Shown: positions 53,432 through 64,000 of the stretch, piece by piece
Layout of the letters: each line of letters starts with the position of its first letter
Numbering within the stretch: position 1 is the stretch's first letter
NCBI RefSeq assembly: GCF_006345805.1
Contig: NC_042997.1
Location: forward strand, 7,750,001-7,814,000
Direction of reading: 5' to 3'
DNA from: Octopus sinensis
Taxonomy: Eukaryota
DNA: 64,000 nucleotides
Notes under the pieces: model-generated
What the model saw: the letters and a program-made list of their open reading frames with translations, nothing else
The model's database searches: none
Told to the model about the DNA's origin: nothing
Made by a program: the position numbers and the translations under genes

Positions 53432-53630
53432 TACTCTTTTATCTGTTTCAGTCATTTGACTGCGGCCATGCTGGAGCACCGCATTTAGTCGAGCAAATCG
53501 ACCCCGAGACTTATTCTTTGTAAGCCCAGTACTTATCTATCGGTCTCTTTTGCCGAACCGCTAAGTGACTGGGACTTAAACACACCAGCATCGGTTGTCA
53601 AGCAATGTTAGGGGAACAAAGACAGACACA

Positions 53631-53670
<40 letters not shown>

Positions 53671-53689
53671 ACACACACACATATATATA

Positions 53690-53731
<42 letters not shown>

Positions 53732-53895
53732 GACGGGATTCTTTCAGTTCCGTCTACCAAATCCACTTACAAGGCATTTGTCGGCCCGGGGCTATAGCAG
53801 AAGACACTTGCCCAAGATGCCACGCAGTGAGTCTGAACCCGGAACCATGTCGTTGGTTAGCAAGCTACTTACCACACAGCCACTCCTGCGTCTAT
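53432..53895 (-). mobile_element. SINE family 2, full length
   Basis: Reverse-complement homologue of 38742-39155 with an expanded internal (CA)/(AT) linker. Confidence 0.92.
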
Positions 53896-53908
53896 ATGTA
53901 TAAAAAAA

Positions 53909-53985
53909 TACAAACTGGGACAAGAACGCAAAACATTTAGAAGACGATACAAAAAACACGGACGGGACATTCGAAGTTTTCAATT
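53909..53985. repeat. Partial copy of the 42544 repeat
   Basis: Shared ~55-bp block. Confidence 0.7.
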
Positions 53986-53994
53986 AATAATAGA

Positions 53995-54040
<46 letters not shown>

Positions 54041-54984
54041 TGTATGAAACAAACATTCTGTACCTTTCAATTATTAATTGGTATCTTATACAATAGATTG
54101 CTGTGAAATAATTGAGATATCTACGAGCGTCACTAGTTGTATATACAAGGTGCAAAAATACATATGAACAACAAATTTCCTCCATAGACATAGTTCTGGC
54201 TGCTATTTTACAATATGTATTCTTATATGTAGTTGGTGATGTGTAGTATTATATAAAGTATGATTGGTTGATATATTAAGGAGTGTTCAATGCAGGATGA
54301 TATTTAAATGAAATAACGAGATATAAAGTATACAGATGCAAAATGCAAAATGGATATCCAATTAATTCTACATTTCACTGACGTAAGCATGAGTATATTT
54401 TTCTTGCACTTCATTTCAAATACTGTTCAGCAGGTCTACTATATGTGAGAAAATATAGAAGATTAATATAAAAAATATTGAAGTCTGGTTTACGGAAATT
54501 GTATGCATTTACTCTGTAGTTAAGAATGTTAACTTACACATACAGACAGACACTCATATGTATCCATATATATGTATATTTATACATACATATAAATAAA
54601 CATACACACACATATATATGTTCATGCATACATGCATGAATACACAGACGCACAGGCACACACACACACGCGCACACACACATATATGCGATTAAGTGAA
54701 CAAAGAAGGTAGCATCGAAATATTGATTTGGAGTTGATATATGTCCCAAATTATTGTCTAAGACCTACAAATGTAAACATTCAGTAACTAATAGACTTAA
54801 CATGCTACATTTTAATGGGCATAAAAACAGCAACAGCTTTTTCGGGCAAAATGCGATATATTCGTTTGTCCACTTAGCTGACTATCTATTTATATATCTA
54901 TCTGTCAGTTGGTTTGTCTGCTTTTGTATGTATATATCTATTTATACATACATAGTTATATACGCACTCATTTATAAAGAGAAA

Positions 54985-55009
54985 GATAGATAGATAGATA
55001 GATATATAT

Positions 55010-55045
<36 letters not shown>

Positions 55046-55070
55046 GTGGGCATGCAGGCAGGCAGATAGA
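54985..55070. repeat. (GATA)n-(GACA)n-(GGCA)n tetranucleotide tract
   Basis: Direct reading. Confidence 0.9.
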
Positions 55071-55639
55071 TAATAGATCCACTTTGAAATTATCCTATTC
55101 ATCTTCACCAAATATAGAATTTATAACTACCGTATCTAATAAACGTAAATTTATCTCTTACTATCTAAATATATACAACGCTACCAATGACCTACACAAT
55201 AAAACATTAACACCGATCGCAATAACATATCTGACAGCTATGGCCCAACCCCATTATGCAACCGAAACATACATAATATAATCACCACCTCTGAGGGTAA
55301 CGGACGCGCTCCTGAGACCGATGCAATCACTAATAGGCACACCGATGCTAACAATATTATTTTACATTATAACCACTGCAATTAATAATACATATACTTC
55401 AACTACTGATAGGAATAGCAATAATGTTAGTACTAACACCAACGGCAATATTACCATTACTGAAAACCGTACTATTATTAACACTCCTGCAACTAACGCA
55501 ACTATTTATAGCCGCAATAATAACATCATTAACACCACCTCCTCTATCACTGCTAATACTAACACTACTAATAATGATATTACTACTGCCGCTGCCGCTG
55601 CTGCAACCTACGCCGCTACTACTACTGCTATTACAAGTA

Positions 55640-55660
55640 ACACCACCAATACTACTAACC

Positions 55661-55732
<72 letters not shown>
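55640..55732. repeat. (CTA)n-(TAA)n microsatellite
   Basis: Direct reading. Confidence 0.95.
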
Positions 55733-55735
<3 letters not shown>

Positions 55736-56286
55736 GCCCTGATGCAGTACCAGGCAGTGGCTCTCATGACGTCTGATCTTAAATGATTGGAAGTGTTATG
55801 TAGATTGTTTTGTCTAGGTATAAAAGATGGGCTACAGCAAATATTCTGCTTAATACCACAGATTTGCTTGTCAATTGTTTGACCTTAACCAGTTGAGCAT
55901 GTCATTTAGTGGCTGACGATATGTGCATCTCTGATCATGAGCAGAAGTAGTGGGGCGCATCATAGCCATGTGTTGAGAGGGATTCTTTGGGGGTTTGGAT
56001 AATTCACCTCTGGAAATATGGGTGTTTTGTTCAACATCCTTAATCAACCCTTATTCAAGGACCTTTTGAGCAGGATGGGTTACTCGACCAGAAGAAAATT
56101 CTAACTGGGCTCCACTTGCAATGTCATGTGCTGTTTATCTTGATATGAGATCACCATGTCGTGCGCACATGTTTGTGATACATGTGCCTAGTGCACCCTT
56201 ATCTGACGAGTAGTCATGATGGGTATACTGGGCTTCGTATATTTTACCACAGTGTCACTTTGATGGCATGCACTGCTCTCTCACTC
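55733..56286. mobile_element. ~550-bp non-coding interspersed element flanked by (TAA)n (copy 1)
   Basis: Highly similar to 60001-60503 along its length; both end CTCTCTCACTC followed by AATAAT...; no tRNA head or ORF seen. Confidence 0.85.
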
Positions 56287-57249
56287 AATAATGATAATAA
56301 TAATATTAATAATAATAATAATTACAACAGCGACGCCGATAAAGATAATGACGATAATAATAGTAATAATGACAACGTTCGTGTTGATATCAATACTAGA
56401 AACGACAGCAATAATTGCAGCAATATCACTTTCTTATTCTTTTACTCTCTTTCTCTATGTTGTCATTCTCCAAATTTTTCTCTTATTTGTCTCTGATAAC
56501 GGAATATCCCATAATCTGGGATATCCCAGAAACAATAGTACGTTTCTTCTATTCTTCATGTACAAGATTTGAGATATTTCCCTTGCCTTAATGTTTGACA
56601 TACTGTTTGACTATTATATAGATAGATAAAGTAAAACCGTCGTCACTCACAAGCGAGTACTATTTATTTACAAATAATACTCGCTTCCAAGTTTTCTCGA
56701 TGACTGAGCTCCCGATGACAGCTGCTGCTGTGCTACTGCATCTTCTTTTACTTCTTCCCCGTCGACTCCTCCTCATCCTCCTCCAGTTTTATTATTCCTG
56801 CCATCTTCATGCTTCATTTGTCTCTCGTCTGTCTCCTTTTCTATCTTTTTCCTTCTCGTCCTCCTCTTTATTAGTGTTATTGTTATTATTTATATATTTA
56901 GTTATTCAATATTATCTGCATGACCCTTCTACTTTTGATTGCATAGAGTATTGAGGAAAGACAGCAGGAACACACAGGAGCTAGTCATATTTTTACTGCG
57001 TAATTTGAAGCAGCATGAAATAAGTCATAAACGTATTGCGCAAACAGTGCCTGGCATATATAACGCCTATCAACATTTTACCTCTACAGTCTGTAACCAT
57101 CTATTACATTTTTTAAATTAATGGTTTCCTATCTGCTCATGCTAGCACGTGTTGATGGATCTCTGTCAAAATCTTAATTAAATCGAATGTTACACATTTG
57201 TTTCCAGTTTCATTCATTCTAAACATCAGTGCGTCACTTGCTTCCTCTA

Positions 57250-57350
57250 TAAACAAATGTTTAGCGGCATTTCCTCTGGCTCATTATATTTTTGAATTCA
57301 AATCCCACAGAGGTCCAATTAGTTTTAATCTGTTCGAGTATGATAAAGCA
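57250..57350 (+). mobile_element. Degenerate SINE family 1 core fragment
   Basis: AAATGTTTAGCGGCATTTC...GAATTCAAATCCCACAGAGGTCCA, shared with 59629-59728. Confidence 0.7.
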
Positions 57351-57399
57351 AATTCCTTTCTGTCCCCAACCACTCACAGTCCACGAGCAACCGAGAAAT

Positions 57400-58345
57400 C
57401 GCACGCCAATCCTCCATTATTTTACATAAATGGATTAATTGCATCATTCAGAGAGAGACCATCACTACTTACCGTTTTAGCATCAAAGGGGTAGGAAAAC
57501 AAACTGTAGCACTACTTATACAAACGAAACAACACCTATCAAAAACTGACTAGAGCATTTAACGTCGATACAGATGCTGGGCTTCACCTCACAACAGCAT
57601 TCGTACTCTTCTTTCCGAAGCATCCCCTAACAAATCTAGGAACACATCCCAAGGAATGGCCCTTCTATTCAGAGCAAGAAAATATTTCAACCCAGAAAAG
57701 ATCATGTACACACACCTGAAGTGCACTTTACATCAAAGTAGCTCTTCTATATGTGAGATTGTTATATCGCAATACTATACAGTGGCTGCTATAGCTACGA
57801 AATCCTCGTCGCCACTGTTATGTCGCACGTTCGGATGCCTCTACTACTCAACTCTACTACTACTCTGTCCTGGTTTCCTCTGCTACTCTAGTCTCGACGT
57901 CTAGGTTTCTCCCTCTGTATTGACGTATTAGGCTAGCCTACTTCATCGTCTTGGGGCGTCCATACAACAGAGATTGTGCTGTTAAAACCCACATTGACGA
58001 GTTGTACTGTATTCAGACTGATTTGTATTAAGTTCCTAACGGAATCATTGCAAGCTCAAGACACACTCGTGCGTTCATCTCTGTCATTTTATCGTACACT
58101 GACACCGGCCAACAGCGAAGAACGGACGTCATTACATTATCTGTATCGTGCCACCATCACAAAGGCAATCCAACCCAGTTATCTATCCACTTCACATGTG
58201 TTGCGACTGGACCCACTGTATAACGAGTCTCAGTACCCACCCCCGCCCAACAAGAATGTCAGAATATCGAGCATCTTCAGTGGTCATCCTACTCATGGCT
58301 TTTCTGCAGATGTTCACTTGCCACATTTTCAAAGCAGTATTAACG
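57400..58345 (+). mobile_element. Old CR1/Jockey-group LINE 3' relic
   Basis: SQGMALLFRARKYFNPEKIMYTHLK...SSSSIC and terminal IFSGHPTHGFSADVHLPHFQSSING (LWN.LP...FK..IN-like). Confidence 0.55.
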
Positions 58346-58352
58346 GAATTAT

Positions 58353-58581
58353 GGCGGCGAACTGGCAGAAACGTTAGCACTTCGGGCGAAATGCTTAGCG
58401 GTATTTCGTCTGCGTTACGTTGTGATTTAAAATCATCCGAGGTCGACTTTGCCTTTCATCCTTTCGGGGTCGATAAATATAGTACCAGTTACACACTGGG
58501 GTCGATGTAATCGACTTAATACCTATGTCTGTCTTTGTTTGTCCCCTCTGTGTTTAGCCTCTTGTGGGTAATAAAGAAATA
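58353..58581 (+). mobile_element. SINE family 1 with TSD
   Basis: GGCGGCGAACTGGCAGAAACGTTAGC head; flanks AGTATTAACGGAATTA (58336-58351) and AGTATTAACGAAATCA (58582-58597) match at 14 of 16. Confidence 0.9.
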
Positions 58582-59097
58582 AGTATTAACGAAATCACAG
58601 TCGCTAGCCTCATATGGTCAGGAAACAATATGGCATCTTAAAGATCAACCATAATTATATCTACATCTATGCGTTTGTGTTTTCGTGCGTGCATGCGTTT
58701 GGCTGGGAGTGTGTGAATCAGGCCTAATTCGCAGCAAATATTTGTCAGGAAAAATGAATTTCCTTATTTCTTTCAATGACACGTGTCAGTATTGGGAGAT
58801 TTACATGTGCGTTTGATAAAAGCTATTTTTGAATGCAATCGTTATCTAATTACGAAACAAGCGAAGAGGCTAAATGCTCGTCTCTCACAAAGACACTGAT
58901 ATCAAATAACTATCTGTCTACCAGGTTAAAAAATGAGATATTTTAAATTTGCTTTTAAAGCGCCTCACACCCAAAGGCTATATTTTTTTTATCAGACTTC
59001 CTCCTATTTCTGAAGACAGTTTGAAATTAAGTAGAAAAGACAGACACTTAATGGTATTAACTTCATTCTCCTCCTACTTCATTTTCTCCGTTGTCGT

Positions 59098-59143
<46 letters not shown>
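59098..59143. repeat. (CTA)n microsatellite
   Basis: Direct reading. Confidence 0.95.
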
Positions 59144-59249
59144 ATTTAGAAATTCTATATTTCTAATTTCGGTGATCAGTAACTAAGTTTTACTGATAAT
59201 ATGATATATGTGCGAAGGGGTTGCAGTCATCTCAGCGAGCGAGACAAGC

Positions 59250-59302
59250 TACACTGTACTGACGACGAGCAATAGACTCAGAAACATATGTCTTCAGGTG
59301 CT
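59250..59302 (+). ncRNA. Minimal type I hammerhead ribozyme motif
   Basis: CUGACGA (59259-59265), helix II C-GAG(CAAUAGA)CUC-A, GAAA (59281-59284), palindromic helix III ACAUAUGU, GUC site after 59292, imperfect helix I CACUGUA/UUCAGGUG. Confidence 0.6.
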
Positions 59303-59595
59303 TAGTCCCAGCTGGCGGGGGTGATTGCCTCCTCTTTGCAAATACAAGGACACAGAAAATATGTCAAAGCCGACAGGAGACGGCCTTGTTTCATAGGGCT
59401 AAATGGCGGTAGTGTAATTCGCTTACGGTACTGTCACATTGAGTTGACAGTATACGACCACTATATCGCTCCACTACCGCTTATGTCTCCCTGAGACATT
59501 TAGAACTTCAATATTTCTAATTTATATATGTAGTTATTCATTTATTCTTATTATCATCATCATTGTAATCATCATCATTCTTCTTTATTTATTTA

Positions 59596-59765
59596 GGCAG
59601 TGAGCTGGGTAAATAATTGGAGCGTCAGACAAATGTTTAGCGGCATTTCGTCAGGCTCATTATGTCTTTTTGAATTCAAATCCCACAGAGGTCCACTTTG
59701 CTGTGATCTGTTCGAGTATGATAAAATTACCTGACACGTACTAGGGTAGATGTTATCGAATTGCC
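59596..59765 (+). mobile_element. Degenerate SINE family 1 copy
   Basis: GGCAGTGAGCTGG head remnant plus core. Confidence 0.75.
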
Positions 59766-59931
59766 TCTTCACCTGAGATCAAAAATAGTTCATAGTAATA
59801 ATAATAACGATGCCGCCAACGACCAAGATTATGATGATGATGATGAGGAGGAGGAGGAGAAACAAGAAGAGAAAAAAAGGATGAGAATGGTGACAACGTT
59901 GGTTGTTATCAAGATGGTCATGATCATGCAG

Positions 59932-59933
59932 AC

Positions 59934-60000
<67 letters not shown>
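59932..60000. repeat. (TAA)n microsatellite
   Basis: Direct reading. Confidence 0.97.
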
Positions 60001-60503
60001 TTAGAAGTGTTATCATGTACATTGTTTTGTCTTGGTATAAAAGATGGGCTACAGCAAATATTCTGCTCAATACCACAGATTTGCTTGTCAGTTGTTTGAC
60101 CTTAACCAGTTGAGCATGTCCTTTAGTGGCTGACGATATGTGCATCTCTGATCACGAGCAGAAGTAGTGGGGGAGCATCATAGCCATGTGTTGAGAGGGA
60201 TTCTTTGGGGTTTGAATAGTTCACCTCTGGAAACATGGGTGGTTCTTTCAACATCCTTAAACAACCCTTATTCAGGGACCGTTTGAGCGGGATGGGCTAC
60301 TCAACCTGAAGAAAATTGTAACTGGGCCCCACCTGCAAGGTCATGTGCTGTTTATCTTGATATGAGATCACCATGTCGCGCACATATGGTTGTGATGCAT
60401 GTGCCTGGTGTACCTTTATCAGACGGGTAGTCATGATGGGTATATTGGGCTTCGTATATTTTACCCCAGTGTCACTTTGATGGCATGAACTGCTCTCTCA
60501 CTC
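60001..60503. mobile_element. Non-coding TAA-flanked element (copy 2, lacks first ~50 bp)
   Basis: Homologue of 55785-56286. Confidence 0.85.
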
Positions 60504-60516
60504 AATAATAATAATA

Positions 60517-60551
<35 letters not shown>

Positions 60552-60569
60552 TAATAATAATAATAATAA

Positions 60570-60878
60570 TACAAAATACAAAGACTTGGACATAGAGGTA
60601 ACTGGAATGTGGAATCTAAAAACAGAAACAATTCCTATCATAGTAGGTGCATTAGGTATGATAAAAAAATATTAAGACAAATACATAACAAAAAACACCA
60701 GGACTTACAAATATATATAACATACAGAAAAGTGCACTACTGGGCACTGCACACATCCTACGCAAAGCATTTTCAATACAGTAACCATAAGAGCATCACA
60801 GCAAACCACAGCACATGCCCAAGGCGTACAGAGCTGCGCTCGGTAGCGAAGTGAAAACACGCTATAAAAATAAAACTA

Positions 60879-60885
<7 letters not shown>
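60570..60885 (+). mobile_element. Dong family D 3'-end fragment
   Basis: KYKDLDIEVTGMWNLKTETIPIIVGALGMIKK...QKSALLGTAHILRKAFSIQ*; 3' UTR matches 29918-30076; (TAA)n on both sides. Confidence 0.92.
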
Positions 60886-61080
<195 letters not shown>

Positions 61081-61084
61081 ACAA

Positions 61085-61417
61085 GAACAAAAAGTTATCT
61101 GATAAGGAAGAAAGAAAATTCTATAGATATGACGGGTTAGCTTGGCTGGTTAAGCAGTCGTGGTTACTGATAAAGGTGATAGTAGGAGCAATAATTTTCG
61201 GAGCCCTGGGAAGAGATTAAAAATCTTGAAAATTATATGAAATAAATAGGGGTTGCAATAAGGGTGGAGGACTTACAGAAATCAGCAATGCTTGAAACCG
61301 CTCAAATATTCCTGATGATGCTCGAAAAATAAGGGGTGTTATCTTAGGTCACTGGTAGTGAACAGCTGACACCGTAGTACATCTCCAGTGTTAGAAGATA
61401 TTCAACGACAATAAAAT
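61085..61417 (+). mobile_element. Dong/R4 3'-end fragment (another family)
   Basis: IIFGALG...LQKSAMLETAQIFLMMLEK*, then a short UTR and (TAA)n. Confidence 0.75.
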
Positions 61418-61640
61418 AGTAATAATAATAATAATAATAATATTAATAATAATAATAATAATGATAATAATAATAATGATAATAATAATAATATTAATAA
61501 TATTAATAATAATAATAATAATGATAATAATAATGATGATAATAATAATAATAATAATGATAATAATAATAATAATAATAATAATAATATAATAATAATA
61601 ATAATAATAATAATGATAATAATAATAATAATTATAATGT
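61418..61640. repeat. (TAA)n with TGA interruptions
   Basis: Direct reading. Confidence 0.95.
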
Positions 61641-61644
61641 TACT

Positions 61645-62840
61645 ATGAAGTAAAAAAAATACAGGAAAATACGACTCATACTAAAAACTGAACTCAACTC
61701 TAAAAATCGTATCGAAGCCTTTAACACTCTGGCACTTCCATTGGGCCAATATACTTTTAACATCATTAACTGGACTCTTACAGAGCTTCAACGCCAGGAC
61801 AGGTAGAAAAGAAAAGAACATGCACCACACAAAAGCAGATGCTGATCTTCTGTACCTATCTAGAAGTAATGGATGAAGAGGAATGATGAAGGTAGAATTG
61901 TGCTATGAGACATCCACAATAGCAATGAAATACTTAGAAGTACAATGAAGAAGTACTGAGGACTAGACGCTTCGACATTTGTGCAAAGACTAAAGCAGCC
62001 AATAGTCACATTCAATTTTCAAGGAAGCTTGAGGATTCGCAATGGAATTTGGCATTTACCCTGAAATAGTTGACAAATCTGAAACCCCTACCGCAAAACA
62101 AGCAAAGTGGAACAAGCAGGCTGCTAAAACGAAGGGGCAGAAGCAAATTGAGGAGCGATGGAGGCAGAAGCTTTTGCAAGGACTGTATATACATCGAAGT
62201 CGAAATGCTGATGTAGATCAAGCAATAAACCAGTAGTATCTAAGGAGTTCAGGACTGAAAGCAGAGACTGCAATTTTCATATTGGCAGCAAAGGACCAAA
62301 GCCTACTCACAAAAAACTACCAGGCTAGCATTCTTCAAAACGGTTCTGACTCTAAATGCACATTCTGCGTCACTTTTGATGAAACAATAAACCATCTGGT
62401 CTCGTGATGTCCTGTGCTGACACCAAACGAATATAAAAATCGCCACAATAGTATTTAAATTGGAAAATATGTAAACACTACAAAATCAACACTCCTGCTT
62501 ATTGGTGTGAACATCATCATGGGCCAGTCGTTGAAGGTAAAAAATTCACTATCCTCTGGGATTTTCCAAGCCACGCCGACAAATCGATCCAGACTAATCA
62601 ACCAGACATAATTATTTAAGACAGGGAAGAGAATACTTGTACACTAATAGATGTAAGTGTTCCCACTGATAAAAATATATCTGTCAAGGAATTGACAAAC
62701 TACGTAAATATAAGGACCTGGAATTTGAAATGCAAAGGATGTGGCATCTTAGAACGAGTATTGTTCATGTTATTGTAGGTACCCTAAGTATGATAGAAAA
62801 AAGATGTCAAAAACTATCAGAAATAGAACGCTTAAAAGGA
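61645..62840 (+). mobile_element. Dong/R4 fragment, post-RT to RLE, decayed
   Basis: LKTELNSKNRIEAFNTLALP; GLKAET..FILAAKDQSLL; CTFCVTFDETINHLVS; QTNQPDII; IDVSVPTDKNISVK. Confidence 0.88.
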
Positions 62841-62844
62841 AAAT

Positions 62845-64000
62845 TACATCAAGTAAGTGTAGATAGTAACCACAGAGAAATGCCAAATAATATCATAAGC
62901 AGTGGGACTGTAAAACACGAAGACAAACGTAACATTTCCAACAAAAGAGAAGTAAGCAACGAAACACAACAAACCCAGACTGTAGGAATGTATAACGGCG
63001 AGCAAAATGCACCAAAACAAAACACTAAAGACAAGAATATGAACAGGAGGGAATACTAAACAGATCTGAAACCTGGAAACATTGGAGGTGAATCTAATGA
63101 TTTTGATATTCTAAATATGATCAAAATCAAAGAAATGAAAACCAGAGATTGTACCTCCCAAAAATTAAAATTCAGACTAAAACAAGATCAATAATAAATA
63201 GCATCAATCTGGCTGTCACAGAAATAACAGCCACCGAAACAAATGTCAATATGACTACACTATATGATATAATATATGCAGCAGCCACAAAGGAAGCTGA
63301 ATACTCCCTCAAACCCATCTAAACTAGCACACAAATAAACCCTGTGGATAAATAATATCCAAGAAAAATAGAAAACAAGAGAAAAGATCTGTCAATCCTT
63401 AACGAAACTCGTAGACAATCAACACTACTATGCAAAAAGAAGGGAACAAAAATACAAAATTTCAGAAAAAGATATATCTGAGGTAAAAGAACAGTTAATG
63501 CAAGATATCCTCGCCAAAGCGCAAAGAATCCGCGGGTAGGAGAAATGCTAATGTTTCTTTGAACAATAGAAATCATTCAACTCCAACCCCAAAATATTCT
63601 AGCAACAACTTGGCAAAAATAAAATAGACATCAATGCAGCACCAACAAAAGAAGTGGAAGAATTTTGGAAAGAAATATATTTGGCGAAGGATGAACCACA
63701 GAAAATGTCTATCAAAACAGCGAACTAAGCACATGAACAACTCTGAACCGCTATAACAACTGTAGTGGTTACCCAGTCACTGCAAAAACTAAGCAACTGG
63801 AAAACAGCCGGGCACTATAAAATCCCAAATTCTGGTCAAAATATCTGACAGGAACAAACAAAAAGCTGGCTGAGAAATTTAATGACATACTAGCAGAGCC
63901 AGAGACAATGTCTGAATGGCTCATGAAAAGGAAAAACTAGCCTAATTCCCAAATCCACTGAAACGGAAAACCCACAAAATTAGAGACCAGTAACTTATCT
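62845..64000 (+). mobile_element. Dong family D, N-terminal/pre-RT part, continuing past the window end
   Basis: Homologous to the reverse complement of 30080-31060 (VKHEDKRNISNK; AKAQRIR; EEFWKEI; LSNWKTAG). Confidence 0.88.

Overview
AT-rich, repeat-saturated eukaryotic DNA with no host protein-coding exon that I can support. The SINE families and dense (AT)n/(TAA)n microsatellites look like a coleoid cephalopod, most likely Octopus; this is recognised by eye, not searched. Contents: (i) at least nine R4/Dong-clade non-LTR retrotransposon copies from several families, nearly all abutting (TAA)n tracts and all with the same polarity relative to TAA, including an internally deleted copy that keeps both ends; (ii) a decayed near-full-length L1/Tx1-like LINE and several CR1-group RT relics; (iii) two mariner relics and a Tigger/pogo-like deletion derivative; (iv) about a dozen tRNA-headed SINE copies, three with visible target-site duplications; (v) Penelope-pLTR-like repeats between (AT)n tracts. 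The most striking unexplained structures are: several minimal type I hammerhead ribozyme motifs, two of them mirror images in a perfect 175-bp inverted repeat at 10.9-11.3 kb and an unrelated one at 59.26 kb; a 1.45-kb convergent fold-back array of a ~400-bp unit; and a ~550-bp non-coding element that sits between TAA tracts. Most ORFs in the supplied track are microsatellite or antisense artefacts.
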